In this document: positions 31,797 to 41,500 of the stretch, piece after piece
Layout: each line of letters opens with the position of its first letter
How positions within the stretch are numbered: position 1 is the stretch's first letter
Origin: Vulcanimicrobiota bacterium
GTDB lineage: Bacteria; Vulcanimicrobiota; Xenobia; Xenobiales; JADMJV01
NCBI GenBank assembly: GCA_050250895.1
Contig: JBFWNU010000007.1
Coordinates: 1 to 64,000 of the forward strand
Reading direction: 5' to 3'
DNA: 64,000 nt
The notes under the pieces: model-generated
Seen by the model: the letters and a program-made list of their open reading frames with translations, nothing else
What the model was told of the DNA's origin: nothing
The model's database searches: none
Program-made: the position numbers and the translations under genes

Positions 31797-33602
31797 GTGT
31801 ATTGTCCTGCTTGTAACAAGAACTTTGGGCCAGTCCACAGCCGCTGTCCAGAATGCGACTCCTGGCTGAAAGTTAGCGCTCCCACCGCCGGAGTGGCCGC
31901 TCCCTCCGCTCCTAAAGCGAGTGCTGCCCCGGCCCGACCCCAAACCTCGCCTTTCGGCAACCCGGTTCCGTCCGGTGGCGGCTCCATTGATTGGGCGGCG
32001 CCGGCAGCCAACAACTGGGGCGGAAGTATCTCCCAGGGTGGGGGAGGAGCCAGCAGTCCCGCTACCAGAGGGTCATCGTGGGTCGACTCATCGCCCCAAG
32101 ACGAGACCGAGGCCGTGGCGGCCGGTGGGTCGTCCTGGGGAGGCTCCCCCTCGAGTTGGGGTGGTGGTCAGTCCGAACCTCGCTCCCAAGGGCCTGCCTG
32201 GGGTGGCGCTCCCAAAGCCCCCACTCCCAAGACCAGCGGTTGGCTGGGCGCAGCCGATGAAGAGGGTTCTTCAGCCTGGTCGGGCGGTGGTACCGCCACC
32301 CAGGCTCCTGGTGCCGGTTCAGGTTGGTTGGGGGGCGCAGGCGGACAGCCGGCTGCCGAAGGCAAAGATTGGGCCGGTGCGCCCAAGGCCGAAACGCCCA
32401 CCGGGGGCGGATGGCTCGGGGCCGAGCCCGAATCCACTACCGAAGACACGATGTGGGGCAGTGCCGGGTCCAGTTCACCCAAGTCCTCGTTGTCATCCAT
32501 GGTGGATGACGCCATCGAAGAGACCGAGCGCGGAGATGATTTTGATGACGAGAGCTGGGTCGACGACGAGGCCGAAGGCGGCCTCGAAGACGAGCCTTTG
32601 GCCGGCGAGGTCTATGACGACCCGCGTGGGGGCGCCGAGGGGGCAGGCGCGAAGATTCTGGTGGCGCTCTTGATCGTCATCGTATTGGGCTGCGGGTTCT
32701 ACCTGCTCCAGCCCAATATGCAAGACCAGCCCGTCGAAGCGGCCTCGACCTCCGAGACCCAGGTCGACCATGCTCAGAGCCTGTTGCTCGAAGCCAAGCG
32801 CACGGCCGACGGTGGACAGTACGAGCTGGCGTCGGTCCAGGCCCTCTCGGCCATCGATATGATGGTCGAGGCCAAAGCCGAACCGGCCAAGATTGAAGAG
32901 GCTCGCCTGACCCTGGCCAAGCTCTATGACGCGGCCCAGGACTATGACAAAGCGGCTGACCAATACGACCTGCTCATCAGCACCGGTTCGAACGAGGCCA
33001 AATACCAGGCTCTGCTCGACGATGCCGAGACCAATTTCGACAAGCAGCAGCGCGTGGTCGCCAATGGCTTGTTGACCGATGCCAAGCAGCAGGTCAAGCG
33101 AGATTCCTTCAACTCGGCGATTTCGTTGGCCAACCAGGCCCTCGCGCTTTTCGAGGATCACAACGGCAGCCGAGCCCAGCTGGGTCAGTGTCACGGTGTG
33201 CTGGGGTTAGCCTACTACCACGGTTACGACTATGGCCACGCTGAGGACCATCTCGTGCAGGCGGTGAATCTTTATCCCGACGGCGGATATCAGTCGGCCC
33301 TGAATCAGGTTCGGGCCGCCTATGCTCCCGAGCCTACCCGTCGTAGCACGACACCCAAGGTGACGGTCATTCGCCAGAGTTCCTCGGTGCCTTCCGGCAA
33401 CCGCAGGGTCTCGCATCGGCGCTCTCGCCGCAGCCAATCGGGTGGTTCGGCGGCGGCCGCCCCGGCCCCGGCTCCGGCTAGCTCGGCTCCGCAGAAACGC
33501 GAAGCTCCGCCTTTCAAGCGGGCCAAGAGCAGCGGGCTGCGTCCGCCCGGTGGGGATAACGGCCTCAAGTCTTACTACAACACCAGTAGTCCGTTCAAAT
33601 AG
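31797..33602 (+). CDS. Zinc-ribbon / Trp-Gly low-complexity / TM / TPR protein
   Basis: CPAC..CPEC, repeated xWGG/GWLG, acidic tract, one TM helix, TPR-like helices. Confidence 0.75.
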   Translation: MYCPACNKNFGPVHSRCPECDSWLKVSAPTAGVAAPSAPKASAAPARPQTSPFGNPVPSGGGSIDWAAPAANNWGGSISQGGGGASSPATRGSSWVDSSPQDETEAVAAGGSSWGGSPSSWGGGQSEPRSQGPAWGGAPKAPTPKTSGWLGAADEEGSSAWSGGGTATQAPGAGSGWLGGAGGQPAAEGKDWAGAPKAETPTGGGWLGAEPESTTEDTMWGSAGSSSPKSSLSSMVDDAIEETERGDDFDDESWVDDEAEGGLEDEPLAGEVYDDPRGGAEGAGAKILVALLIVIVLGCGFYLLQPNMQDQPVEAASTSETQVDHAQSLLLEAKRTADGGQYELASVQALSAIDMMVEAKAEPAKIEEARLTLAKLYDAAQDYDKAADQYDLLISTGSNEAKYQALLDDAETNFDKQQRVVANGLLTDAKQQVKRDSFNSAISLANQALALFEDHNGSRAQLGQCHGVLGLAYYHGYDYGHAEDHLVQAVNLYPDGGYQSALNQVRAAYAPEPTRRSTTPKVTVIRQSSSVPSGNRRVSHRRSRRSQSGGSAAAAPAPAPASSAPQKREAPPFKRAKSSGLRPPGGDNGLKSYYNTSSPFK

Positions 33603-33660
33603 CGCGTTTCGGGCTCGCTCCAGGAAGGTATGATTCCCGGAGCGAAAGGAACGCGCCATT

Positions 33661-34860
33661 ATGAGTAGACCTGTAACCTTCCTCTGTCTGGCCAGCTATT
33701 TTAAAGGCGGTGCTTTCATGCGAGCCTGCAAAGAGCTTGGCATCCGCACTATTCTCTTGTCGACCGAAGAGCTGCGCCACAAGGATTGGCCCTGGGAGGC
33801 CATCGACGAGAAGTTCTTCATGCCCGATCTCTACAAGCAGCCAGACGTGACCAACGCTGTTAGCTATCTGGCCCGCGAGCGCAAGATCGATCGTATCATT
33901 CCCCTCGACGACTTCGATGTCGAGACGGCCGCCTCGCTGCGCGAGCATCTGCGTTGTCCGGGCATGGGCGATACCACCGCTCGCTATTTCCGCGACAAGC
34001 TGGCCATGCGAGTGCAGGCCCGCGATGAGGGCATTCCGGTGCCCGACTTCGTGCATGTCCTCAACTACGAGGAGATCAACGACTTCGTGCGCCGGGTCCC
34101 GCCGCCGTGGGTGCTCAAGCCTCGTTCCGAGGCGGGGGCCGTCGGCATCAAGAAGATTCACAACAGCGAGGAACTATGGCATTGGGTCCATTCTCTCGGT
34201 GACAAAGGTTCCTACCACCTGCTCGAGGCTTACGTGCCCGGTGACGTGTTCCATGTGGATTCGGTGGTGTACGACAAGGAAGTGCTTTTCGGTCGTGCTC
34301 ATCGCTACGGGGTCCCTCCCTTCAATATCTGGAACCACGGCGGAGTCTTCTCGAGCCAGACTTTGCCTCTGGGCGATCCTCTGGGAGACCACCTTCTGTC
34401 GCTCAATAAGAAGATCGTCAAAGCCATGGGTCTGGTTCGCGGGGTCACTCATACCGAATTCATCCGCGGTCACGACGGCAGGGTCTATTTCCTCGAGAAG
34501 GCCGCCCGCGTGGGCGGAGCCAACATCGACCTGTTGGTCGAGGCTGCTAGCGGTATCGACCTTTGGAAGGAGTGGGCTCGCCTGGAGTTGGCTTATCTGG
34601 AGAAGAAGAAGTATAAGCTGCCCAAGCCTCGCAAGGATTGTGCAGGATTGTTGGTCTGCCTGTCACGCGACGAGCGCCCTGACCTGTCGGGCTACAGTGA
34701 CCCCGAAGTGGTTTGGCGGGAAGGCAAAGACCACCATGCGGCTTTAATCGTCGCTTCGTCTTCGGCCAAGCGCGTGGGCGAACTCATCGATGGCTACCAG
34801 CATCGCATGACCCACGATGTCCTGGCCGTTCAGCCCCCGACCGATAAGGTCGTGCACTAG
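33661..34860 (+). CDS. ATP-grasp domain protein
   Basis: FRDKLAMR, WVLKPRSEAGAVG, THTEF, FLEKAARVGG. Confidence 0.88.
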   Translation: MSRPVTFLCLASYFKGGAFMRACKELGIRTILLSTEELRHKDWPWEAIDEKFFMPDLYKQPDVTNAVSYLARERKIDRIIPLDDFDVETAASLREHLRCPGMGDTTARYFRDKLAMRVQARDEGIPVPDFVHVLNYEEINDFVRRVPPPWVLKPRSEAGAVGIKKIHNSEELWHWVHSLGDKGSYHLLEAYVPGDVFHVDSVVYDKEVLFGRAHRYGVPPFNIWNHGGVFSSQTLPLGDPLGDHLLSLNKKIVKAMGLVRGVTHTEFIRGHDGRVYFLEKAARVGGANIDLLVEAASGIDLWKEWARLELAYLEKKKYKLPKPRKDCAGLLVCLSRDERPDLSGYSDPEVVWREGKDHHAALIVASSSAKRVGELIDGYQHRMTHDVLAVQPPTDKVVH

Positions 34861-34866
34861 CCGACC

Positions 34867-35478
34867 GTGATTGCCGAGCTGCCGCTGCACTATCACACGC
34901 CGGACCGCTGGGCCGACCAGGCGTTGGAGTCTGTGCTCGAGCTGCTCAACGATCATGCCCATCTCGAGCGCAAAGCGGCTAGCAACGCTCTCGAGCTACT
35001 CAATCGATGGCCCGACCCGGAACCACCGGAGCGCTGGGTGACCAACCTCGCTTCGGTGGCGCGGGACGAGACCGATCACCTCTTTCTGGTGGCCCGGTTG
35101 CTCAAAGCCCGGGGCGGCTGCCTGAGTAAGATGCACCGTAACGATTACGCCCGCTCATTGCGAGCTCTGGTCCGGCGCGGGCAGGGCCCCCTCGAGCTGA
35201 TCGACCGGCTGCTGGTGAGCGCACTCATCGAGTTGCGGTCATGCGAGCGCTTCGAGATCTTGAGCCGTTGTTGTCAGGACCCCGAGTTGGCTCGGGTCTA
35301 TCGGTCGCTATGGGGGTCCGAGCACGGGCACTACAAGCTCTTTCTGGCCCTGGCCGAAGACCTGGTTCCGGCCGAGTTGATCCAGGCACGCTGGCAAGAG
35401 ATGCTGGGGGCCGAGGCCGAGGTCATCAAGACTCAGCCACCTGGCCCGGCCCTACACAGTTCGGTAGGAGGCGCCTGA
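34867..35478 (+). CDS. miaE: tRNA-(ms2io6A) hydroxylase MiaE
   Basis: DHAHLERKAA, DRLLVSALIELRSCERF, SEHGHY di-iron motifs. Confidence 0.85.
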   Translation: MIAELPLHYHTPDRWADQALESVLELLNDHAHLERKAASNALELLNRWPDPEPPERWVTNLASVARDETDHLFLVARLLKARGGCLSKMHRNDYARSLRALVRRGQGPLELIDRLLVSALIELRSCERFEILSRCCQDPELARVYRSLWGSEHGHYKLFLALAEDLVPAELIQARWQEMLGAEAEVIKTQPPGPALHSSVGGA

Positions 35479-35618
35479 TGCGCACCAAGCTCATCCTCTC
35501 TCTCTTCATGGTGGCTTTCTGGGCCTTCGCCTGGCTGGTCAAAGCCGACCCGGGGCTGGTCCTGATAGCCACGCCGGCCTTTCTGTTCGTGATCGTCACC
35601 GAGTCCAGGAACCCCTGA
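35478..35618 (+). CDS. Small 46-aa two-TM membrane protein
   Basis: AGGAGG SD and TGATG coupling to miaE; MRTKLILSLFMVAFWAFAWLV... Confidence 0.65.
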   Translation: MRTKLILSLFMVAFWAFAWLVKADPGLVLIATPAFLFVIVTESRNP

Positions 35619-35668
35619 ATCCGTTCCGAGCAGGGATTGCTCGGTGGACCGTAGTAAAACTGGCGCCC

Positions 35669-36685
35669 ATGTTGCATTCCGATGTCTGTCTCGAGTCGGT
35701 CGCTTACGAACTGCCCCCCAACGTGGTCAGTATGGAGTCGACCTTCGAAGAGCTCGAACCGCTGCTCGAGCGGCTTAGAATTCCGCCTGCCGGCGTGATG
35801 GCCGCCTCAGGGGTAGAGGAACGGCGGTTCTGGGACCGCGGCACCACCATCGCCGAGGTCGCCACCAAAGCGGCCGTCAAAGCGATCGAGCAGTCGGGTA
35901 TCGATCCCGCCGACCTGGGTTGTATCATCAGCACCTCGGTCTGCAAAGATTACATCGAGCCTTCCATGGCCAGCCTGGTGCACGGTCGGTTGGGCCTGCA
36001 TCCTCACTGTTTGAATTTCGATATCGGCAATGCCTGTCTGGCCTTCATGAACGGGATGTCGGTGTTGGCCGACATGATCGAGAAGGGCCAGATCAAGGCG
36101 GCTCTGCTGGTTGACGCCGAGTCGGCGCGAGAGGTCATCGAAGCCACCGTGGACAGGTTGCTCTTGCCCGAGACCACCAGCGACCACTTTCGTGACAACT
36201 TCGCCGCCCTGACCCTGGGGTCGGGGGCGGTGGCGGCGGTTTTGACCCACAGTTCCTTGTCGAAGACGGGTCATCGGGTGGTGGGCCACGTGTCGCTGGC
36301 CGATACCACCCACTCGGACCTTTGCCTGGGACAGCCTACCGAGATGATCGTCTATGCACGCCCGCTGATGGAGGCTGGCGTCGGTTTGGCCAGGCGCACC
36401 TGGAAAGAGGCCGCGCGCGTGTTCGGTTGGACATCCACCAACGTCGATCTGTTCGTGTGTCATCAGGTAGGCCGCCGCCATCACCAGTTTCTTTTCGAAA
36501 GCCTGGGGATCAACGAGGCGGACTCGTTCGTGACTTATCCATTCCTGGGGAATGTCGGCCCCGCCTCGGTTCCACTCACCCTGGCGCTGGCCCGCGACCG
36601 GGGTCGCCTCAAGCGCGGCCACCGGGTTGCCCTGATGGGGATCGGCAGCGGATTGAACTGCTCCATGATGGAGCTGCGATGGTAG
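35669..36685 (+). CDS. oleA: OleA-like 3-oxoacyl-ACP synthase III / thiolase
   Basis: DYIEPSMAS, GNACLAF, FAALTLGSGA, HQVG, GNVGPASVP, GIGSGLNCSM. Confidence 0.8.
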   Translation: MLHSDVCLESVAYELPPNVVSMESTFEELEPLLERLRIPPAGVMAASGVEERRFWDRGTTIAEVATKAAVKAIEQSGIDPADLGCIISTSVCKDYIEPSMASLVHGRLGLHPHCLNFDIGNACLAFMNGMSVLADMIEKGQIKAALLVDAESAREVIEATVDRLLLPETTSDHFRDNFAALTLGSGAVAAVLTHSSLSKTGHRVVGHVSLADTTHSDLCLGQPTEMIVYARPLMEAGVGLARRTWKEAARVFGWTSTNVDLFVCHQVGRRHHQFLFESLGINEADSFVTYPFLGNVGPASVPLTLALARDRGRLKRGHRVALMGIGSGLNCSMMELRW

Positions 36686-37566
36686 CTGACTATCAAAATA
36701 TCGCCTACCTGGTGGCGGGGGCCGACCTTCACGGGGGCGACTTTCACTGTCGTTTCCGCTGCCCCCACACAGGCCTCGAAGAAAACGTTACCTTGCGAGT
36801 CGAGCGGCCCGGGTCAGTCGAGGCTCCGGCCGAACCCGAGTCGGCCGGCTTTCTCTCGGCCGTGCAGCGAAGTCTGGTGGCTTCCGTGCGCGGGATGTTC
36901 GGGGGGCGCACGCAACCCCCGGAGGCGTCTGGGGCCGGACCCGAACACCTGGCCAGGTACGTGGTTCGGGCTTTTGAGCAAGTAAAGCCGCATTTTCGCT
37001 GGCGCGACGGTCGTTGGGTGCACCGTGAGGTCGATGTCAGGCTGCACGACTTCCATCGCCTGTTGACTCAGGCCCCGGTGAAAGAGCTTTACGACCAACA
37101 GATCCTGGCCCGGGTCTTACTGGAAGTGGTCAAGGCCGACGGCGAGATTCAAGCGCAGGAGCGAGAGTTTCTTGAGCAGTTCGTGCCCGAGCCACTGCGC
37201 GGTTATGAAGACGCGGCCCCTCTGACCATGGCCGAGATGGCCGAGGTGTCCCATCAGGGTGAGCGCGAGACCATCCTGCTGTTGGCCTGGGCCACCGCCT
37301 ACGCTGATCAGGAAGTGGATGCCGCCGAACTGCGACGTCTGGGAACCTTCGCCAAGGGCTTCATGCTGCCCGAAAAGCGAATGCGCGAATTGCGCCAGTC
37401 GGCCCGCCTTTTCGTGGTCGATCGGGCCCTGGCCGAGGTGTTCGCGCGGGGCACCACGCCCACCGCCGCAGAGCGCGAATCCATCTATGCTCTGGCCGAC
37501 AAAATCGAGCTTCCCCGCGCCGATGTTGACCGGCTCGAAGAACAGTTTCGGGCGGGCCAAAGTTAA
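36679..37566 (+). CDS. TerB-domain protein
   Basis: VVKADGEIQAQE and AYADQEVDAAE; start overlaps the oleA stop. Confidence 0.75.
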   Translation: MVADYQNIAYLVAGADLHGGDFHCRFRCPHTGLEENVTLRVERPGSVEAPAEPESAGFLSAVQRSLVASVRGMFGGRTQPPEASGAGPEHLARYVVRAFEQVKPHFRWRDGRWVHREVDVRLHDFHRLLTQAPVKELYDQQILARVLLEVVKADGEIQAQEREFLEQFVPEPLRGYEDAAPLTMAEMAEVSHQGERETILLLAWATAYADQEVDAAELRRLGTFAKGFMLPEKRMRELRQSARLFVVDRALAEVFARGTTPTAAERESIYALADKIELPRADVDRLEEQFRAGQS

Positions 37567-37619
37567 CAAACCTTTTACAAAAGCCCCTGTGTTCAAATGT
37601 TATGCCGGGCGATTGGGTG

Positions 37620-37628
37620 TGCTATAAT
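37620..37628 (+). promoter_or_regulatory. Extended -10 promoter element
   Basis: TGCTATAAT ahead of an AGAGGAG SD and ATG 37674. Confidence 0.65.
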
Positions 37629-37673
37629 GGGTCCAAGTTTGTAGTCCTAACATAAACAGAGGAGATCCACAGC

Positions 37674-38411
37674 ATGGCCACAGTCAACCCGTTTGTCGGA
37701 GTCGCAGGAGGCTTCAGAACGAACTCGGTTCAGTTCGGAGGAGCCTTCGGCGTCCAAGCCCAGGGCGGTTTCGGAACCTCTTTCAACCCGAGTGCTTTTC
37801 TGGGCGCTGGCGCCCAACTTCAAGGCGGTTGGGGTTCCTTTCTAGGTGGTCCCTCCTTCTCGTCAGGCTTCGCTCAGCCTAGCCCCGTCTTCGGCCAGTC
37901 GGTCAGCTCTCTCAACGCTAACGGTGGTTTTGGAACGGCCTCGGCAATCTCCTCACTCTTCAGTTTCGGCGGCGCCCCGGCCACGGCCGGCTTCGCCCCC
38001 CACCTCGGACAGCCCCAGGTAGCCCTGGGCGGTTTCGCCGGTTTCTCGCCCCATCTTGGTCAGCCCCAGGTAGAATTTGGTGGCTTCGCCGGTTTCGCTC
38101 CTCACCTGGGTCAACCCCAGGCGGCCCTGGGCGGCTTCGCCGGCTTCTCGCCTCACCTCGGCCAGCCTCAGGCTGCCCTCGGTGGCTTCGCTGGCTTCTC
38201 GCCTCACCTGGGTCAGCCCCAGGCAGCTCTCGGCGGTTTCGCCGGCTTCCCGCCTCACCTGGGGCAGCCCCAGGCAGCTCTCGGCGGCTTCGCCGGATTC
38301 TCCCCTCACCTGGGTCAGCCTCAGGCTGCTCTCGGTGGCTTCGCCGGCTTCCCGCCGCATCTTGGTCAGCCTCAAGCCGAGTTCGGTCTGCCGTCCTGGG
38401 CCTTCTTCTAA
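37674..38411 (+). CDS. Gly/Phe/Ala/Gln/Pro-rich tandem-repeat protein
   Basis: Strong SD and promoter; 8 copies of AGF(S/A/P)PHLGQPQAALGGF. Confidence 0.8.
   Translation: MATVNPFVGVAGGFRTNSVQFGGAFGVQAQGGFGTSFNPSAFLGAGAQLQGGWGSFLGGPSFSSGFAQPSPVFGQSVSSLNANGGFGTASAISSLFSFGGAPATAGFAPHLGQPQVALGGFAGFSPHLGQPQVEFGGFAGFAPHLGQPQAALGGFAGFSPHLGQPQAALGGFAGFSPHLGQPQAALGGFAGFPPHLGQPQAALGGFAGFSPHLGQPQAALGGFAGFPPHLGQPQAEFGLPSWAFF
37986..38393 (+). repeat. 8 x 51-bp coding tandem repeat
   Basis: Copies differ mostly at synonymous positions. Confidence 0.9.
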
Positions 38412-38415
38412 ACCC

Positions 38416-38444
38416 TTGAAATTCCAGGTTTAACCTGGTATACT
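38416..38444 (+). promoter_or_regulatory. Sigma70 promoter with a palindromic spacer
   Basis: TTGAAA-N17-TATACT; spacer holds CCAGGTT-T-AACCTGG. Confidence 0.65.
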
Positions 38445-38458
38445 GAGGAAACCAACTA

Positions 38459-38496
38459 AGAGCGTCGCTCCAACAGAGCGGCGCTCTCCTGTTTTT
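38459..38496 (+). terminator. Terminator-like hairpin
   Basis: AGAGCGTCGCTC-CAACA-GAGCGGCGCTCT then CCTGTTTTT. Confidence 0.6.
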
Positions 38497-38556
38497 CTGA
38501 CAGAATTCCCCAGGGGTCTGCTAAGGGTTTTTCCAGTCTGTGCCGAACGGTGCCCT

Positions 38557-41500
38557 ATGCCGGAACTTGGTCAGTCGGTAAAACGTTTTCTCTCCGAGCC
38601 TGGGCTAGGCGAAGAAGAGAAAGCACGCAGGACCGTCGAGTGCCTGAAATACCTCAGGGCCTACTTCGAGGGCCTGGTTTCCGGTCTTATTGGGGTTGGA
38701 CTCGAAGCGTTCCTGGTTGACGAAACCCATCGTGAGCAGGTTCATCGCGACATCCGCTCGGTCTTTCTGGATTTGGGCGGCACCCCTCGCTTCGTGACTC
38801 GTTGGCTCGGCCTGGTCGGGCAACGTCCCACCACACCACCGCCCCTGACCGCTCTCTGGGCCCTGGGCGAGGATACCCTCTTAGAAGAGGTGGTCTCTTA
38901 CAACGCGCTGCTGCAAGAGTGGCTGCGATCCGCGCGGGCGTTTGAGGAGAATTGGGCGGTCGAGCCCGACCGGGTGCGCCATCGCGACAGCAGCACGGTC
39001 TATCCCCTCGATCCCCCCCTCGATGCCGAGCAGTTAGGTCCGCTTCATCCGGCTGTGCCCGGCTCGTCGCCCGACTTGAGTCAGGCCATCAATCAAGTCA
39101 AGACTCTCTTCGAGCCGTTGACCGAGCCCTATTTTGACTTGCTCGGAATTCCAGAGTTGTCGGGCTCGACGGGTGAATTCGAGGCCAAGCTCAGTCGGCC
39201 GATCGCCCCGACTGAACTGTTGGAACGACCTCCCGCTCGTACCCCGGGGCGCCGGGTGCCGATCGAGCCGGCCTTCCCCCCCCATTTGAAGATCCTGGCC
39301 TGTCGCTTGTCCGACGCCCTCGAGCGGCAGGACCCGGTCGCCTCGGCCAACGCAACCGTTGAAGCCATCGACTACATGGTGCGTTTTTTCGCGGGCGTGG
39401 CCGGCGGCGGGCTGGCTGAGCTCGAGGGCCGTCAAGAGAGGACCCCGGTCGATCTCGAGTTCGATGAGTGTCTCGACCTGTTGCGCAATAGTGTTCAGGC
39501 CCTGCGAGTCTACCGAGGCGACGTGATCGCCGACAGCATTCTGGCCGTCTTCGAGCCGGGCGGCAGTCAGCCCGACCATCATTCCTGGCTGGGCCTGGGT
39601 GAACGTTCGGCCGAAGAGGACCCCGCCGTCTGGCGGGTGCGCGCCGACAGTCGCATCCAGGATGAGGATCCGGGGCCTTGCGCCCAGCTACTGAAGGGCA
39701 TTTTGCCGATTTTGTCTGACTGGCTCGAGGCCAGCAAGTATTTCTTCAACTGTTGGGACCTCTATCATTCGTTGCGGCGCGACTTCAATCTCGACGTACG
39801 GTTGGCCCGGGGGGATCGCGCCTTTAACGCTTTTCCCCTGGTTTATCCCGAGCGTTACGGTATCGTGTTGCCTCAGCCCGACCTCAACAAGGCGCGGGAG
39901 AATCCACTCTGGGAGCCGCGCGGGTTTGGCCAGGGGACGAGCGTAGCCAACCTGACCACTCCCGAACCCTCCGATGCGGACCCGCCCCACCTGGCCCGAC
40001 TGCTAGAGGAGTTTGGCCGAGCCGTCCGCGACGAAGAGCCCCTTCCCGCTGGCAACGCTTTGCTAGGGTGCTTCGACTTCTTACTGCGCTACTATGCCAG
40101 TCTGGCCACCGGCGCCCTGCGCAGCATCGCTCCGTTTCCGCTTGAGTCGGTCCTGGCCGAGTCGGCCAGTTTGTTGCACTGCAGCAAGCTGTTGCACTAC
40201 TCCTTGTTCGCGCTGGACCGTTTTCCCGAGCATCCCGTCTCGGGAATGGTGGGCAGCGTCTTCTTCCAGGGCGAACGACCCCGTGCGTTTACCCGCTGGC
40301 TGGGCTTTGCCGGTTCGCCGCTGTCGGGCCTCGAGAACCTTTCCGGCTGGACCCACATGCTGCGGCGACCTGACGCCGCCCTCCGCATCGACGAGATCCT
40401 GGGCCAGATCCGTGTCTACACTCAGTTCCTGGGGGAGTGGGTCGAGCAGTCCCGTCATGTCTTCAAAGCCCTTAAACATCACTATGATGTGGGTGAGGGC
40501 TCCAACACCGTCGGGGTGGTGTTCGAATGCGACGGCAGTCGTTTTCGCGGCGTTCCCGACATTTATGTCGGCGAGTACGAGTTCCATCTGAGCCGTGAAG
40601 AGGTGCTGGCCTGGGGCTCGGCCGAGACCCTGCCCAATCCGATGTCCGAGCAGAGTTTCGAGGCCTGGGAGGCTGCCCTCAACGAAGAGCTGCCGACTTC
40701 GGTCTTTGAGGATGATCCAGAGCTCACCGAGCTGGTGCCCGAGTTGGCCGACTTCGAGTCGGGCCCCATCGTGATGCCGTCGTTGTTTCCAGACGAGCCG
40801 GCTCCGCCCACCTGGGGGCAGCCCGAGGCCGACGGATTTTCACGATACTGCCAGGCTTTGAACTATTCCGGTCCCGAGTCGCGACCCAAGATTTTTTCCG
40901 AGCGGGTGGCCGCCTTCGTAGCCAAGCGTGACTCGGGCTTGATTCTGGTCGAGGGCGGGCCGGGGTTCGGCAAGACCTTCTTGAGCAGGACCCTCACCAA
41001 TCCGCGCTCCTCGCCGTTCGATACCAACTTCCCCGTGATTCACTACTCGGTGGGCCGGCGCATCGAAGGCGACTACGGTATTCTGATCGAGGTCCTCAAT
41101 GAGCACCTCGGGCAGCAGACCGAGCTGGCCGAGGCCGGTTTTTCCAAGCTCGACCCTCGGGTCATTCGCGACCTCAATGTGCGCTATCCCGAGGGACAGG
41201 CCGCCAGCCGATTTCTGGCCTATTTGAGCGCGCTTACGATCGCCAACAACCATCGCCGCTTTCTGCTGGTGCTCGACGGCCTCGACGAGCATCAGGCCGC
41301 CGCCGAGGCCGGTCTGACCGTGCTCGACTTTTTGCCTTCTCGCCTGCCCGAGGGGGTCTTCTTGATGCTGACCTATCGTCCGAGTTTCCGGGCCAAACTC
41401 GAGCAGCGGCTAGAAACGGGCCACGAGCACTGCCTGCAGATCAACCTCGACAGCGAAGACCCGACTTATCAGGGCTTGCTCTATCAGCACATGGAAAAGA

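Noticed and set aside
37986-38393. Possible CRISPR or non-coding repeat
   Set aside because: The 51-bp period and synonymous-site variation show it is protein coding
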